Positions 25,431 through 39,069 are shown, numbered from the whole stretch's first letter. The stretch: DNA of 63,958 nt, filler included, from Octopus bimaculoides (GCF_001194135.2; 7 parts of 7 records of this genome joined end to end with filler, not necessarily neighbours in it), one strand, 5' to 3'. Notes: generated by a model not told the origin, from the sequence alone. Made by a program: numbers and translations.

Positions 25431-25818
25431 CATACAGTTCCAATAATCTCAGCAGAGCACTAGTGTCCTTTATGTCCAAAAAACGTGCTCAACTACTGCA
25501 GGATTGAAAATCAATTTTGAACGAATGCACAAGGGTGGGGCTGTTGTTGCAGTGATTCTTAACGTATTTATGTGCTACATTTGACACGGAAAACTTTAAA
25601 CAAAATCAAGGTTAGGTGTTACAGGCATATATATATATATATATATATGCGCGTTCGCACACATACACACACTGTTAACATGCATCCCTGTATATTCATA
25701 CATATGAATAATAATATAGATTTAATCAAAAGATTAAAAGTGGTACTTAAAATGTTTGTGGCACCAGAAATTGGTAGGGTAAAAACCAAAAACAAAGTCA
25801 AGAGATTTGGTGAATCAA

Positions 25819-26183
25819 ATTTGAAGAAAAGCAACAAAAATGTATTAGGTTATAGCAGTACGTACGTTTCGTACAAACTTCATTTATTTATGTAGTGAGA
25901 ACACCACATAAGATGTGTAATGAAAATGTACTCCTCAGCTGCATAATGGAAGCTCTAGACTGTTGATTAACAGCCCAGTCAAGATTGTATTCTCTTCATC
26001 TCCTACTCTTGTATTTGCACACATTTACAAAATGACTTTCTGAAATGAACTACCATTATGCAGCTGAGGAGTACATTTTCATTGCACATCTTATGTGGTG
26101 TTCTCACTACATAAATAAATGAAGTTTGTACGAAACGTACGTACTGCTATAACCTAATACATTTTTGTTGCTTTTCTTCAAAT
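25819..26183. repeat. Near-perfect inverted repeat: 131-bp arms (25819-25949, 26053-26183) with a 103-bp spacer
   Basis: Direct alignment of the left arm with the reverse complement of the right arm shows one mismatch (gtgTaat vs gtgCaat). Confidence 0.95.
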
Positions 26184-26297
26184 ATTCATACATATACAGG
26201 TATTTGTGTGCAAGTGTGCGTGTTTGTGTGCATGTGTGCGTGCGTGCATACATGTGTGTGTGCATGTATGAAAATGCAAATACTGCAGGTTGTTACA

Positions 26298-27591
26298 TAC
26301 AAGCTCTATTCCAGAAATTTTAAAACTTTTTCAGGAGAGACATTTATTAATTTCAAAGAAGTTCAAAATTCTACTCTCCTTGAAAGTAGGATCCTCTGAC
26401 TTAAATGCATTTGTTGTAGCACTCCAGCCACTTTCTAAAAGCCCCATGCAAGTCCTTCAAAGTGAAGGTGCCCAGGACGCTTGTCACAGCCTCCTTCATT
26501 TCAATATCTTCAAAACGATTGCATCTCAGGTTCTACTTCAGCTTGGGAACAAATTAAAAGGAAATGGAACAAGGTCTGGACTACAAGGATGGTGACGGAC
26601 AGTTTTAATGCCCATCTGTGTCAAGTAGTTGGTTACCAGGATGGAATTGCGAACTGGTGCAGGTGTTACTAATCTGAGTTGAAGAGCTCTGGCCTTTTGC
26701 AACGGAATCTACTTCTTAATTGTCCCAAGTCCTCCACAAAGTACTCTTTGTTGACTGTCTGGCTAGAGGGAACCCAATAGATGTACATGACGCCCTTACC
26801 GTCGTAAAATGAGCTTCCCGGCAGGCTTCTTTGCCAGGCTCATTATAGCGGCCAGCTGGTAGAAAGGTTAGCACGCCGGGCGAAATGCTTAGCGATATTT
26901 CGTCTGTCTTAACGTTCTGAGTTCAAATTCCGCCGAGGTCGACTTTGTCTTTCATCCTTTCGGGGTCGATAAATTAAGTACCAGTTGCATACTGGGGTCG
27001 ATCTAATCGACTGGCCCCTACCCCCAAAATTTAGGGCCTTGCGCCTAAAGTAGAAAAGAATCGTTTGCGCGCCGGACGAAATGCTTAGCGGTATTTCGCC
27101 TGTCGTTATGTTCTGAGTTCAAATTCCGCCGAGGTCGACTTTGCCCTTCATCCCCTCAGGATCGATAAATTAAGTACCAGTGAAACACAGGTCGATGTAA
27201 TCGACCAGTCTCCTCCCACCAAATTTCAGGTCATGTGACTATAGTAGAAAGGATTATAGCTGCGTAAAACAGATGCTCGGCACATTCAAATTAATCTGCT
27301 AGCACTCTGGAGTATTTCATCAGTTTCTGTAGCGTTTTTGTCCTGCATAGCAAGCTTCCAAATTGTTTTCATGTCCTGACTGCATTCTGCAAACTCACAA
27401 GCTGTAACACACAGTGGTTAGTAAAGTGTGTTTAAAGTGCTGTTACGGCCGCATCCTGCAATCTCGAATAACAAAAGTTGGCAGGCCAGCTTATTAGATA
27501 TATAGTAATAATATACTAAAATTACGATTATCTTGGAGTCATAGCCATCTGTCCTAAAAAGAAGTCTCAAAACTTCTGGAATGCACACATA
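26298..27591 (-). mobile_element. Mariner element interrupted by two tandem SINEs
   Basis: Minus strand FYDGKGVMYIYWVPSSQTVNKEYF…RFRCKRPELF, N-terminal KNATET. TIRs tacaagctctattccagaaattttaaaact / agtctcaaaacttctggaatgcacacata. Confidence 0.85.
26847..27255 (+). mobile_element. Two tandem family B SINEs nested in the mariner
   Basis: ttagcacgccgggcgaaatgcttagc…gagttcaaattccgccgaggtcgactttg occurs twice. Confidence 0.9.
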
Positions 27592-28116
27592 ATTTAGTGA
27601 TTTGAAAAATTTCAATGAACTGCGATCTTCTATGCAATATTTGTGCATGTATGTATAAGTATGAATGCATGCATGAATGCACGCATGTATGTATGTATGT
27701 ATGTATGTATGTATGTATGTACGTATGTATGTATGTATGTATGTATGTATGTATAGGTGGCTTTTAAGCTAGTTTATAGTTTTTAAGCAACTGACACTGA
27801 ATGGGAAGATCTGCAAACAGATCTCTGATTCGTTTTGGAAAATTTGTTGCAATTACTTCCTCTAGAGTCATATCTCAATGATGATTATATTCGTGGCAAA
27901 AAAATCATGTAAAAAAAATCACCGAAAAAATCGCAGTAATGGAAACATAGGAATCCAAAATTTCAGGATTGCAGGTCCGGATTCGGTCCGGAATGTTTTT
28001 AATTTACTCACGGAGTTAGCCTAATTGCAAAATGGTATGATATGTTGAGCTACGGCCTCTAGGAGTAAAGTTTTTAAAAATGTGACACTGACATTCACAT
28101 TTATTATATTATATAG

Positions 28117-28239
28117 CTGGCAGAATCGTTAGCACGCCGGGCGAAATGCTTAGCAGTATTTCGTCTGTTTTTAGGTTTTAAGTTTGAATTCCGCCGCGGT
28201 CGACTTTGCCTTTCATCCTTTAGGGGTCGATCAAATTAG
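28117..28239 (+). mobile_element. Family B SINE 5' part, cut by a gap
   Basis: gctggcagaatcgttagcacgccgggcgaaatgc…gtcgactttgcc. Confidence 0.85.
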
Positions 28240-28339
28240 NNNNNNNNNNNNNNNNNNNNNNNNNNNNNNNNNNNNNNNNNNNNTTAATTAATTAANNNNN
28301 NNNNNNNNNNNNNNNNNNNNNNNNNNNNNNNNNNNNNNN
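28240..28339. other. Artificial 100-bp scaffolding spacer; identical spacers at 36606-36705, 42491-42590, 54267-54366, 61449-61548 and 62760-62859
   Basis: 44 N + TTAATTAATTAA (stops in all six frames) + 44 N. Confidence 0.97.
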
Positions 28340-28832
28340 TATATATATAATCTTCCCTTTTTGCCAATGTACCCAGAACATCTCAGACCAGCAAAAACTA
28401 AATGAAGAGACAACTTTCAGTAATAAATATCAACGACAGCTTAACATGAGCACACAACGTAATACAAGACAATACCAACTGTACTAATACCAATAATCAC
28501 ACTAATCCTCATACATCCCATATACCATTCATACCCTATAAATCATGTTAGCCAAATTGCATAACTTTCAGAACTGCTTACCTCCCTTGCATACAATCTT
28601 TTCACTCAGGTACTATTAGATCCAACACCGTTTGGAAATCGGTGTTTATTCAAAGTCAGTGAACAGCGATGACGAAACTGGTATGACTTTCTCTATTGAC
28701 TCATGATAATGATTTATATACTTCTGAATTCCACCTCAAATCATTTATTTGTATGTATATATCTTTGTTTTTATAAAAAAAAACATTAATTTTTTACCTT
28801 GTTGGCATTTACTCTGTTTCTTTTTACTTTTC

Positions 28833-28888
<56 letters not shown>

Positions 28889-28929
28889 TTATCTATCTAT
28901 CTATCGTTATCTATCTATCTATCTATCGT

Positions 28930-29200
28930 AGTTTCAATTCCTAGACCCGGTGATGCGTTGTGTTCTTGAGCAAAACACTCCATCTCACTTTGCTCTGCGA
29001 TCATTTCGACACCTGACACGTGGTACATCCTGCAGCTGCGCAGTCAACCTCGACTTGATGAGGGAGCGACCTAATGTACAGCACATACATCTGATTACTA
29101 TAAAACGAATCATTTGTGCTGGTCGTTCGGCAAAAGCTGAACACTCATACGCTGTCTACGACGGGGGAGTCCATCGGTTTTATAACTGTTTATAGACATG
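28930..29200 (+). mobile_element. tRNA-derived SINE (family E-like)
   Basis: gtagtttcaattcctagacc…ttgtgttcttgagcaaaacact, shared in reverse with 18005-18245 and 46170-46452. Confidence 0.65.
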
Positions 29201-29544
29201 ATGTATTAATTATCACGTAATGTTGTTGAAACAATTGTAAAGCATGGAGTAAACATTATTTAATAAACTCCATTCTTCACTTATTTATATGCGAGTATGT
29301 TAGAGAGTGAGCGAGTGAGTGGGTGAATGAGTATCTGTGTATGAGTGGGTGATTGACTCTCTGTGTGGGGGGCGGGGGTGGTACGCGCGCGTACATCTAC
29401 ACAAACGAACGCCTTTTGTCATTTCTGTTGTGTATATAATTCACCATTAGTTTGCCTTCCATTTCTAGCATACAGCCATTTTTTCATGAAAACTGAATTG
29501 CTTTCTTTCACTGTGACTGTTTCTCTCGGTCTGTTTTGGCTCTT

Positions 29545-29563
29545 CTCTTCTTTTTTCTCCCTG

Positions 29564-29627
<64 letters not shown>

Positions 29628-29900
29628 TTCTTTCTTTCTCTCTGTCTTGCTATCTTTCTCTCTTCGTCCATTCCTCCTTTTCTCTCTCCCTGTCTTCTTT
29701 TCTGACCCATCTTGCGCTTTCCGCCACTATCTTTCTCCATGTTTTGCCTTCTTTTTCTTACTATCTCTTTCATGTTCCATCAGTTCCTTTCTCTCTCTTC
29801 CTGTTTTTCCGATCACCTCGTTCCTTTCACATGATCCTAATAAAACCCACAATTCCTTTCTGTCACATTTTGTCCCTCGAGCGTCTTACTCAATGTCTCA
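29545..29900. repeat. (CT)n microsatellite and polypyrimidine tract
   Basis: Long TC/CT runs; these account for ORFs 29363..29989 and 29536..29916. Confidence 0.9.
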
Positions 29901-30148
29901 GGTTGTATCCGTTTAAAAGTCTTTTTTTAATTTTCCATCTATGTTTGTACGTTACTGTCCATCTTTGTCTGAAGTCCAAGGACCTCTGAATTTATGTTCT
30001 GCTTCTGTTTACTTTATTGTTTTACACAAGCTCATACACCTCTGTCCTCTTTCTATTCACTGATTTCTGTTGACTATTATTTTAACGTGGTGTGCATTTA
30101 GTTGTAAGATTTCTCGTATTGTCATCTTTGAATTCGATCGCTTTCAAG

Positions 30149-30209
30149 ACGAACGACGCCAGGTTTTCCCGAGTGCCGAAACCGTATTGATTCTGGATAT
30201 AAATATTAG
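30149..30209 (+). CDS. Candidate terminal (cytoplasmic tail) exon of the CCP-TM gene
   Basis: ctttcaag| with phase 2 gives (R)RTTPGFPECRNRIDSGYKY*. An alternative acceptor cgccag| gives FSRVPKPY*. A scaffold spacer lies between this and the TM exon. Confidence 0.2.
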
Positions 30210-31639
30210 ATTTATGCATATATATTTTCTGTTCTGTATCTATTGCTGTGCAGGTCTGTCACAATTATTTATATGTATAAATGTGTGTATGGATGTGTAA
30301 ATACATACATACATACATACATACATACATACATACCTTCCATTATCTATTGTTTTTCTTGAAACTTTATCCAGTTTTTCATAAATCATTGTGTAACATC
30401 CTTATACACCATTCCTTTTTATATATCCTTTTCTTGTCTTCCTCTCATGTTTTTAGCTTTTATATTTATTGTGGATTGAAGGACGGGCGAGAGCGATATA
30501 GTATTTATTCTGGCATTTTACAGTCTAAATCCAAATCCAGTCTTTCATTCTTATGGGGTCGATAAAATAAACTGTCAATGAAGTACTGGGGCTGACTACC
30601 AGCCTCTCAAACTTTCAGGCTTTGTTCTTACTTTAGAAAGAAATATAATAAAGGATGAATCCAGAACAGTAATAAGATTCCGATTCAAAGTAACCGGGAT
30701 ACTTAGTTACGTCCCTTTAAGAGAACAAGATTGTGGCTGTTCATATTTGAAATCCTACTGAGATCAACATTACTCTCTTGCTTTCAGGATTTCCATAAAA
30801 TAAGTACAATTTCGTACTTGGTCGATTTCATTGACTGCTCCCTTACCCTTGCCCACAAAAAATTGTGGCCTTGCGCCTATGTTAGAAATCATTATTATTT
30901 TAACCAAACATATATTCTTTTATTTTGAGTAAACTACATACAAGTGTATAATAAAATAAATTACTATAATGTAGGCTCCATACACCTGCTCACAATAAGG
31001 GAGCTTGACAGCTTGGCATGGAAAATAAGTAAAAAATAAATCTATGAAAGAACAACATGCATACAAGTCAAAAGCTATACGGTCGTCTGTCAGTAAGTTT
31101 GCCGACATGTTGGCTTATAAAAATATTGACCTGTCGACTTCTAAGAGAACAACCACGCAAGATAAAAAAAATAAAAGAAACGTCAACAATAATGGTGAAA
31201 AATAAAACAATCAATCAAGCAACAAGCAAGAAAGAATTATGTTAAAACGGAGTAGAGGTGGAGGCGGGGAATTGACCGAGGAACGAAAAGAAAAAAAGAA
31301 TTAAGAAAGTAAAGAAATTTCTCATAATACAATTTCTATGTTGATTTTTGCATCGTGCTGTTAGCCACTTGATTTGATCATTGGAAAGTGATCTGTTAAC
31401 AGAGTGAACATTTGCTTGTTAAAAACAAACACACGGTCGTGTAAAGTCGTTAGGAATATATTTTTATAAAGTCAAGCCACCTTGGCATTAAAAAAAAAAA
31501 GATGGATTTGTAGTCATCGTAATTTTAATCATCATCGTCGTCATCACTGTCGTCATCATTGTCGAAGGAACTTTTGGTTTCAGTCGTAGAATTTCAAAAT
31601 TTATGTCAACAAGAGCAGCAATGAATTCACAACAATAAT

Positions 31640-31856
31640 AATGGTTCCAAATTTTGCCACACGGACAGAAATTGTGGGGGAGGGGGTGAGACGTTTACAT
31701 CGACCTCAGTGTTCAACCGGTACTTATTTTATAGACCCCGAAAGGAGGAAAGGCAAAGTTGACCATGGCAGAATTTGAACTCAGAACGTAACGACGGGAG
31801 AAATATCTCCAAGCATTTCGCCCGGCGTGCTAACAATTCTGCCAGCTCGCCGCTTT
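31640..31856 (-). mobile_element. Family B SINE
   Basis: ggcaaagttgaccatggcagaatttgaactcagaacgtaa…gcatttcgcccggcgtgctaac. Confidence 0.85.
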
Positions 31857-32029
31857 CACAACAGCAACAACAACAATAATAATAGTAATAATTATAAGAG
31901 CATTAATAGTTTTTTTTTTAATGGCCTCAAGGGCTTCGAAAGACATTTAGGACAATACACAGATAAAGGAAAGTGGGCATTTTCATTGAGAACGTGTAAA
32001 TGATGAATTATAATTTCCAAAAAAAAAAA

Positions 32030-33240
32030 AAAAATCTCGCAAATAAATTTCCCGGTAGGGAAACGCTACCCAGGGGCCAGCAAGGAGTCCCACAGAACCC
32101 GAGCCACCCTACTCACCAGGAGTACATTGGCTCTCCTCTTCACTCCTCAATCTACAGTCGCCAGCTTAGAGAGGGTTCGCTCACTCAGGCCATTCTTTCA
32201 GCTTTCAACAAATCTATTAGGATGGTGTGCAACACATCCCTCTCAACTCTCACCTTCATTTTCAAATGAGATTTTAAAAAGTCGATGAGAGCTTAGTCAA
32301 AGAGAAATGTACCCCGGCAATGTACCCCGGTAGCACCACCAGACAAGGAAATTATGAAAAAATATCTATAAGCTCTGGCACGCAAGTCCGCCGGAGCAAA
32401 CCAGGCAGTTGATTCACACTGACGCTCAAAGTTTCTCCGGGGACGCCATTGTTTTTAACCACTACTAATCCTCCAGAGAGTGTCATGGTGGAACATCCAT
32501 GGGCTTCATGCCCGATCTGTAATGAGCTATAAGTACCTGAAGGCATTCAAGGCGCCATGTACCCTGCCTTGATGTACGCTTGATCCAGCATCTGTCGGTG
32601 TTTTTGGGCGTCGGGTTTTATTCGACTCACAACGATAGACCACCGTCGAACATGCGTTAACTACCAAAACCACACAGGGACGACGATTTGCTGTTCAGAG
32701 ACCGTGGAAGGTGCTTGGTTGATTTCGCCGCCCGTCCCAGTGAACGATTGCTTGTCCATGGAGTCGTTCCCAACACTGTCGTCGTCATTATGCTGCTATT
32801 GATCACGCTGCTGTTGTTGTTGTTGTTGTTGCTGTTGTTCTCGGCACTGCTGTTGTTGCTATAACTGCTAACTACTGCAGCGTTTGTGGAGGTGATAGTA
32901 GTACACTTGATCTTGTTTATTTTTTTTCCTTCTTTTGCAATAAGGGATTTTGCTTTTGTAGTTGTTGGCGTTGTCGTAGTCGGCAGCGACATTGTCATTG
33001 TTCTCTTTAGTTAGTATGCTCTTGTTGTAACAGTCCTTGCAATTTTTTGTCGTTGCTGTTGTTGCTTCTGACCACTCATCACAGTAGCGGAATGTGACAT
33101 TTGAAAGATTGTACTCCGAGGAGGAGAAACATCTTTGTTCATTGAACGACTGAAGGGAAGAGACTCAAGGGTAGATCCCACACTTTCTCAAAATCACTGC
33201 CGTCCACCTCTTCTCCTTCCAGCTTACTGCCTATGAAAGA
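32030..33240 (-). mobile_element. Tx1/L1-like LINE relic, internally deleted
   Basis: Minus-strand C-terminus HLKMKVRVER.VL…LLKAERMA; low-complexity T/N-rich ORF1-like tract at 32657..32998; 3' UTR similar to that at 34980-35110. Confidence 0.6.
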
Positions 33241-34429
33241 GACAACCATCTTTTAAATTTGTTTTTTCTTAAACAAAAATTTCAAAATGTATTTAATTCT
33301 CTAACCCCAAACACGGCAAGTTAATCAGTCCATCGGGCTCTTGGTTAGCTTTAAAAAATGGTATATAGCATATATCGGCAATGAAAATGTGTCTAGGTAT
33401 AAGGATAAGCAAAGAAACTTAACGGAAAGTGCTCGAGTAACACAATGAAGAAGAACAGCATCAGTGATAATAACTGTAATATAATATCTTATTAACATTG
33501 CTTATTTTATATAAGTACTACTGTCATTCTTGAGCTGATCGAATGAGTAAATCTCATTCCTGCGATGTGGACTCTTACGAAAGAAGTCATTATTAAAATC
33601 ATATCCGTGTTTGTATTTATTCTTTCTATTTGGTATAATATTGCTGTGTATTGGGTGTTAGCAAAGAAACTAAAGTTCATTTATATATTTACCCTTCGAA
33701 AGCTGATATTTGATTTTCACTGTGTATGTGTATGTCAGTGTGTTTGTTTATGGGGACAGAGTATACATGTAAAGCAACTATTGACTGCAGAGTCATATTT
33801 GTTATTCCAGTTATTTTCATCTGTCTCTTTGTTTTTGTTTTTTTTTCTTCTGTAGTTTTTCTTATGTATACTTTGTAAAAATACATTTTGTTGCATAAAC
33901 GGGAATTTGTTTTCTTTTTCCATTATAGTTTTGATTTTCTTTGCTGCTCCATGATAATATTCTTTGGCTGCAAGATCTACAACGATGCCTCAATAGGTGA
34001 AAATTGGTGGAGATGATAAAGTATCGGTTAGAATGCTTTGTGCTTATTCGTTTTGATGCTCTGCACTTTGAACTGAAAATCCCGCCGAAGCTAACTTTGC
34101 CTCTTATAATTTCATGATCGATAAATGAAGTATCTTAACTAGGGTTGGTTTCTCACTTTTTCTCTGGAATACATCGGCTCTAATCGGGCTTTGCGTGGAA
34201 AGAATTCCGTTACGAAAGAAAAAAGATTTTTTGTCTTCAATTTCAATGTATTTTTCTTTAGATTTCGAAATCCGCTTTCATTCTTTTCCTCACGATTATA
34301 TTTCTACACGAAACAGTACATCCAAAATTATGCGAATTTTCCTCTATAAAAATATTTTTGATTTTTCTATTTCTTTTTCTTTTTTCTTTTTTTTTTCCCG
34401 ATACATGGATGAGTGTCCCGTATAATTTC

Positions 34430-35140
34430 TTTTATGTTCTTGGTCTTACAAACAACCCTGCATCAAGTGTCCTCCCCGGTCTGTTTGGATGGGGAAATCC
34501 CAGAGGACTTTGCAGGTTTCCGATTCCGCCACGTTCTGTGGTTTGTGCTCATAACATCTCTTTCCTCTCTCAAGCCCCCACTTTTCTCAAAGTTTCCAAA
34601 GTATCACTTTCGCTACCTCCCCGTGTCGTCACAACTAATAATGGTTTTAGGTAAGTCGAAGGCTTTCGTTCACGATATGGGCAATGATTTTGTCAAAGCT
34701 ATAACAGATTCGGCACTGTGAAGACACTTGCTCATTTTTAAGGTTGACGCTCCAATTTGTGGCCAAATTGATACTGGGCTGCCAGTATAGCGCTCTCGGA
34801 CTTTTTTTCCAGCGGTCCCTTCTTCAATCGTCTATGTTTTCCAACAACTTCAATTGTGGCTATATAGAATTGATTGTAGCATTCATTCTCAAGAGCTTGT
34901 ACAGTGCTTTATCTTTGCAATCTTCCATCCTGTGGATGCTGTGAAAATGGCACGCGTGGATGGGCCTACTCTGAATATTCGTCTATAAGCTGAAGCAGTT
35001 GAGGGGAAGAGGGTGTCCACCTGGCGTGCCCTTGGCAGTCGGGGTGACCAGGATGTATGGGGTGCCTGGTTGGCCCTGGGTGGAACTCCCCCATTGGGGA
35101 ATTTTGTTGTTTTATTTTTGTCGTTAACTGTTTTTTTGTT
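34430..35140 (+). mobile_element. Tx1/L1-like LINE 3' fragment
   Basis: End …AVKMARVDGPTLNIRL*, then a 3' UTR ending in a T-rich tail; homologous to 32030-32270 in the opposite orientation. Confidence 0.6.
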
Positions 35141-35641
35141 TTTGATTTCATTGTTTAACAAAATGTTTCTTTCTTTTAAACTTGCAGGATGCCATCTCAT
35201 ACGAGGTGAGATCACCATCACTGATTACGTCCACAGAAATACATAACAAAAGAAAGAAATGATACTTTATTTATCAAACCTAGAAATATGAAAGACAGGG
35301 ATGACGAAGACGGAATTTGAATTCGGTCAGCAGAAAGCCAAAATGAATACCGCAAAGCTTTCTATTGAGCACTTTCGAGCAACTCTTCCGCTTATGGAAC
35401 AGGCAAAGAATGAGTTTAATCAGAGCTTAACCCCAACAAGAGTGGCTTGGACGCTAACAACAACGATAAACCAAAGAAAATACTGGCCAGTAACACAGCC
35501 CATTTTCCTTTATGATTTTGCCTTAATATTTTAACTTCATTTCCATTCTCCTCTTATTTTATCTCAACTGACGATACGTCTATGTGTACGCGCGTGTGTA
35601 TGTGCACGTGAGTTTGTGTGTGGGTGAGCATATGTGAGTGT

Positions 35642-35676
<35 letters not shown>

Positions 35677-35902
35677 CGTGTGTGTGTGTGTGTAATGTAT
35701 GTTCACTTGACACGTTTGAATTAAAAACATCTACCGTTAGTATTTCAATATTCATTGAGTCTTGTGAACAACTGCAGAAACAGCAAGCAGCGTCCACTAC
35801 CGACACCCACACCGTTCTATGAAGATCATCAGCATCGTTATCATCAGTAGCATTATGACTAAGAGATTTATATACACTCATACACGCATACACATGCACA
35901 CA

Positions 35903-35941
<39 letters not shown>

Positions 35942-36017
35942 ACACACACACACATACAAACTCTTACAAAAGACACGCCTGCATATACGAACGAGTGCAC
36001 TTGCGTAAATATGTACA

Positions 36018-36065
<48 letters not shown>

Positions 36066-36071
36066 CATATA

Positions 36072-36605
36072 TAAATTATAGGGTAGCAAAGAAAATTTTA
36101 GAAATTTTATTTACCACCAATGGTCTAGCGGGAGTAAAAAAACAGTCAATAGACTATGTATTATTCATTAGAAATGTAGAGACGCCTATAATAGGACATC
36201 TACTCGCTAGAAATAGCAGCAAAAATACTACATACCACAAAAGTTAGGGATAATTTCGAAAGGAAATGAAAAATAAAAACTTTTACCAATCTATATTCTG
36301 TACCATGGTTTCAAGTCAAATTTAGTAAGATAAAGATTATATCTTACAAGGTCGGACTATCGTCAGCAGAATTGACCAGACAACATATGAAGCACGAATC
36401 AGTACGCAGCATGGTTCGTGTTCTTATGTCTAATTTTTCAAAATATATTGCGTATTTACGGTTTATCTAATCGGCAGCAAATACAAAAATGCAAAATGCC
36501 GAAATTCCTTCAGAAAATCATCCAAAAAGAATTTTATCATTATTAATAAATTATAGGGTAGCAAAGAAATTTTTAGAAATTTTATTTACCACCAGTGGTC
36601 TAGCG
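36072..36605. repeat. Direct duplication with ~475-bp period running into a gap
   Basis: taaattatagggtagcaaagaaa(a)ttttagaaattttatttaccacca(a/g)tggtctagcg at 36072 and at 36547. Confidence 0.8.
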
Positions 36606-36705
36606 NNNNNNNNNNNNNNNNNNNNNNNNNNNNNNNNNNNNNNNNNNNNTTAATTAATTAANNNNNNNNNNNNNNNNNNNNNNNNNNNNNNNNNNNNNNN
36701 NNNNN

Positions 36706-36723
36706 TATATATATATATATATA

Positions 36724-36774
<51 letters not shown>

Positions 36775-37471
36775 ATATATATATATATATATATACATAT
36801 ATATATACATGTATATATATAAATATATATATATATATATGCATACTTACATGCACGCACCCACACACATATGTTCATGTCACGCTTGTGCCTCCCCGCT
36901 CCATTGTAGCGATTCAGCAAAATGAAACCAATAAAATCAGTAGACAACATATAACACGTCCTGGGACGATTTGATCGACCGAAATACTCACCCAGTATGA
37001 TTACAATCCGATGACTGAACCAAGCATAAAAATAAGAGTAAAAAGAATACCAATCCACCGCCCAATCACATTGTCTATGGTGAAATCAGATGTAAATTTG
37101 CAAATTCACTCCCTTGTCTTTTCGCTTTATAATTTGTACTAAAGCTTATGAATTTCTCATTTGCCACGTTTAAAATTACAATTGACTTAGAACTATTTTC
37201 TGATCGCTATTTTAAGTATGGGAGTTTGCACCTTAATAAGGAGTAGCTGTCACCTTTGCTTCCGCCTTTCCACCTCCCAAATGAACAATAGGACAGTGGG
37301 AGATAGAAACAACTATTCTCAACACCTACGTACGCACGCACACACACACTTTCTCTCTTACCCACCCTCCTCTCATCTGCTCTCTACCTCTTCTCTTTTT
37401 AATACCTTAAATCGGAAACTAAGAGTGAGGTGAGAGATTGAGAGGTTAACATTTCACTTAACTCCCCCTCC

Positions 37472-37517
<46 letters not shown>

Positions 37518-37549
37518 GTCTGTCTGTCTATCTACCTACCTACCTACCC

Positions 37550-37615
<66 letters not shown>

Positions 37616-38024
37616 ATGTCTGTCTGTCTATCTATCTATCTGTTTTTTACATTGACTGTGATACACGATCCCTATTGATCGCCCCCCACCCACGTTTTTT
37701 TTCTTCCCGCGATCCCTTTTGATCGAAATTATCCCCCCCCCCAAGAAAAGCTCTACTTTGTAATTTGTCCATTTTCTGTATTTAGATATCTATCTATCTG
37801 TCTATCTATCTAGCTAGTCAGCTAAGTCAGCTACCTAGCTGTTTAGTTATGTCTATCTCTCATATCTATTCTATTTCTCTTAGTTATTTTCTTTACTCTT
37901 CAGGAAATCAACGGGAAAAAAGGTGACCAACTTCTTTTCCCTGTTTTACTTTCTGTGTTCCACTTTTTTAGAAACACAACACGAAGCACACAGGTAAACA
38001 TTCAAATGCATACACCAAAGTTTT

Positions 38025-38055
<31 letters not shown>

Positions 38056-39030
38056 CGTACATACACGTACACACACACGCACGTGTGCACACACAGACTC
38101 ATTTATAACAAACAACTGAAGGTTACGCAAACTACACAAGTACATCACCACACACGGGAAGATGCACCAGTGCCTACATACACCCCCCCCCACACCAGAA
38201 CCACATAGCTATAGAAGTCATCGCTTCAATATTTGAAACGACGACGACGACCACCACCACCACCACCATCACTGTCATCTTCAGCAGCAACAGTATCATC
38301 ATCATCATCATCATCGTCGTCGTCGTCGTCATCATTATCAGTAACAGTAACATCAACATCATCATCAACATTATGTACAGACCCCCGAAATACGCACACA
38401 TAAACAGATAACGGATATAAATAATTATGTACAACACAGTAGATACATAAACACATATTTACACATTCACGCACATCATGTGTGTGTGTATATATATATA
38501 TATATTTATATGTATATATACATACAAAAGCAAACTTATATACGTGTATTCACATACGCACGCACACACACACACACACACGCCCGCATAATTTCATTTA
38601 TTAGTAAGGTTCCTCATATATTATGTACTGGCGCACACACACACACAGAGCTCCAATGGCTAGCTTTGCTATCCTCTCCACTAGCACCGTAGTAAAACGC
38701 AAAAGGAGCAGCTGACTACGTCTCTTATATGCCATAGTCTTTCATTTTACTCCTCCTCTTCCATTATTACTTCAATACATAATGTTAAAATGGGAGTTGC
38801 CAGTTTTTCTATACTTTACATTCACCGTATTCTCTTTACCTCTTACTTCTCCTCTTTCGCCTCCTTATTTCAAATACAACTTACACACACATACACACAC
38901 ACACACATACACACTTACACGCACACAGCTACACACATACACATACATAAGCTGACACATCTATGACGCACATCCCTATGTATGTGAGCGTGTACGTATG
39001 TGAAATTTGTGTTTGATATATAAGTGTATG

Positions 39031-39069
<39 letters not shown>

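Noticed and set aside
28360-28700. A/C-rich stretch with faint PLE-like translation and a short hairpin (acaccg…cggtgt)
   Set aside because: Too degenerate to assign and has no CUGAnGA core.
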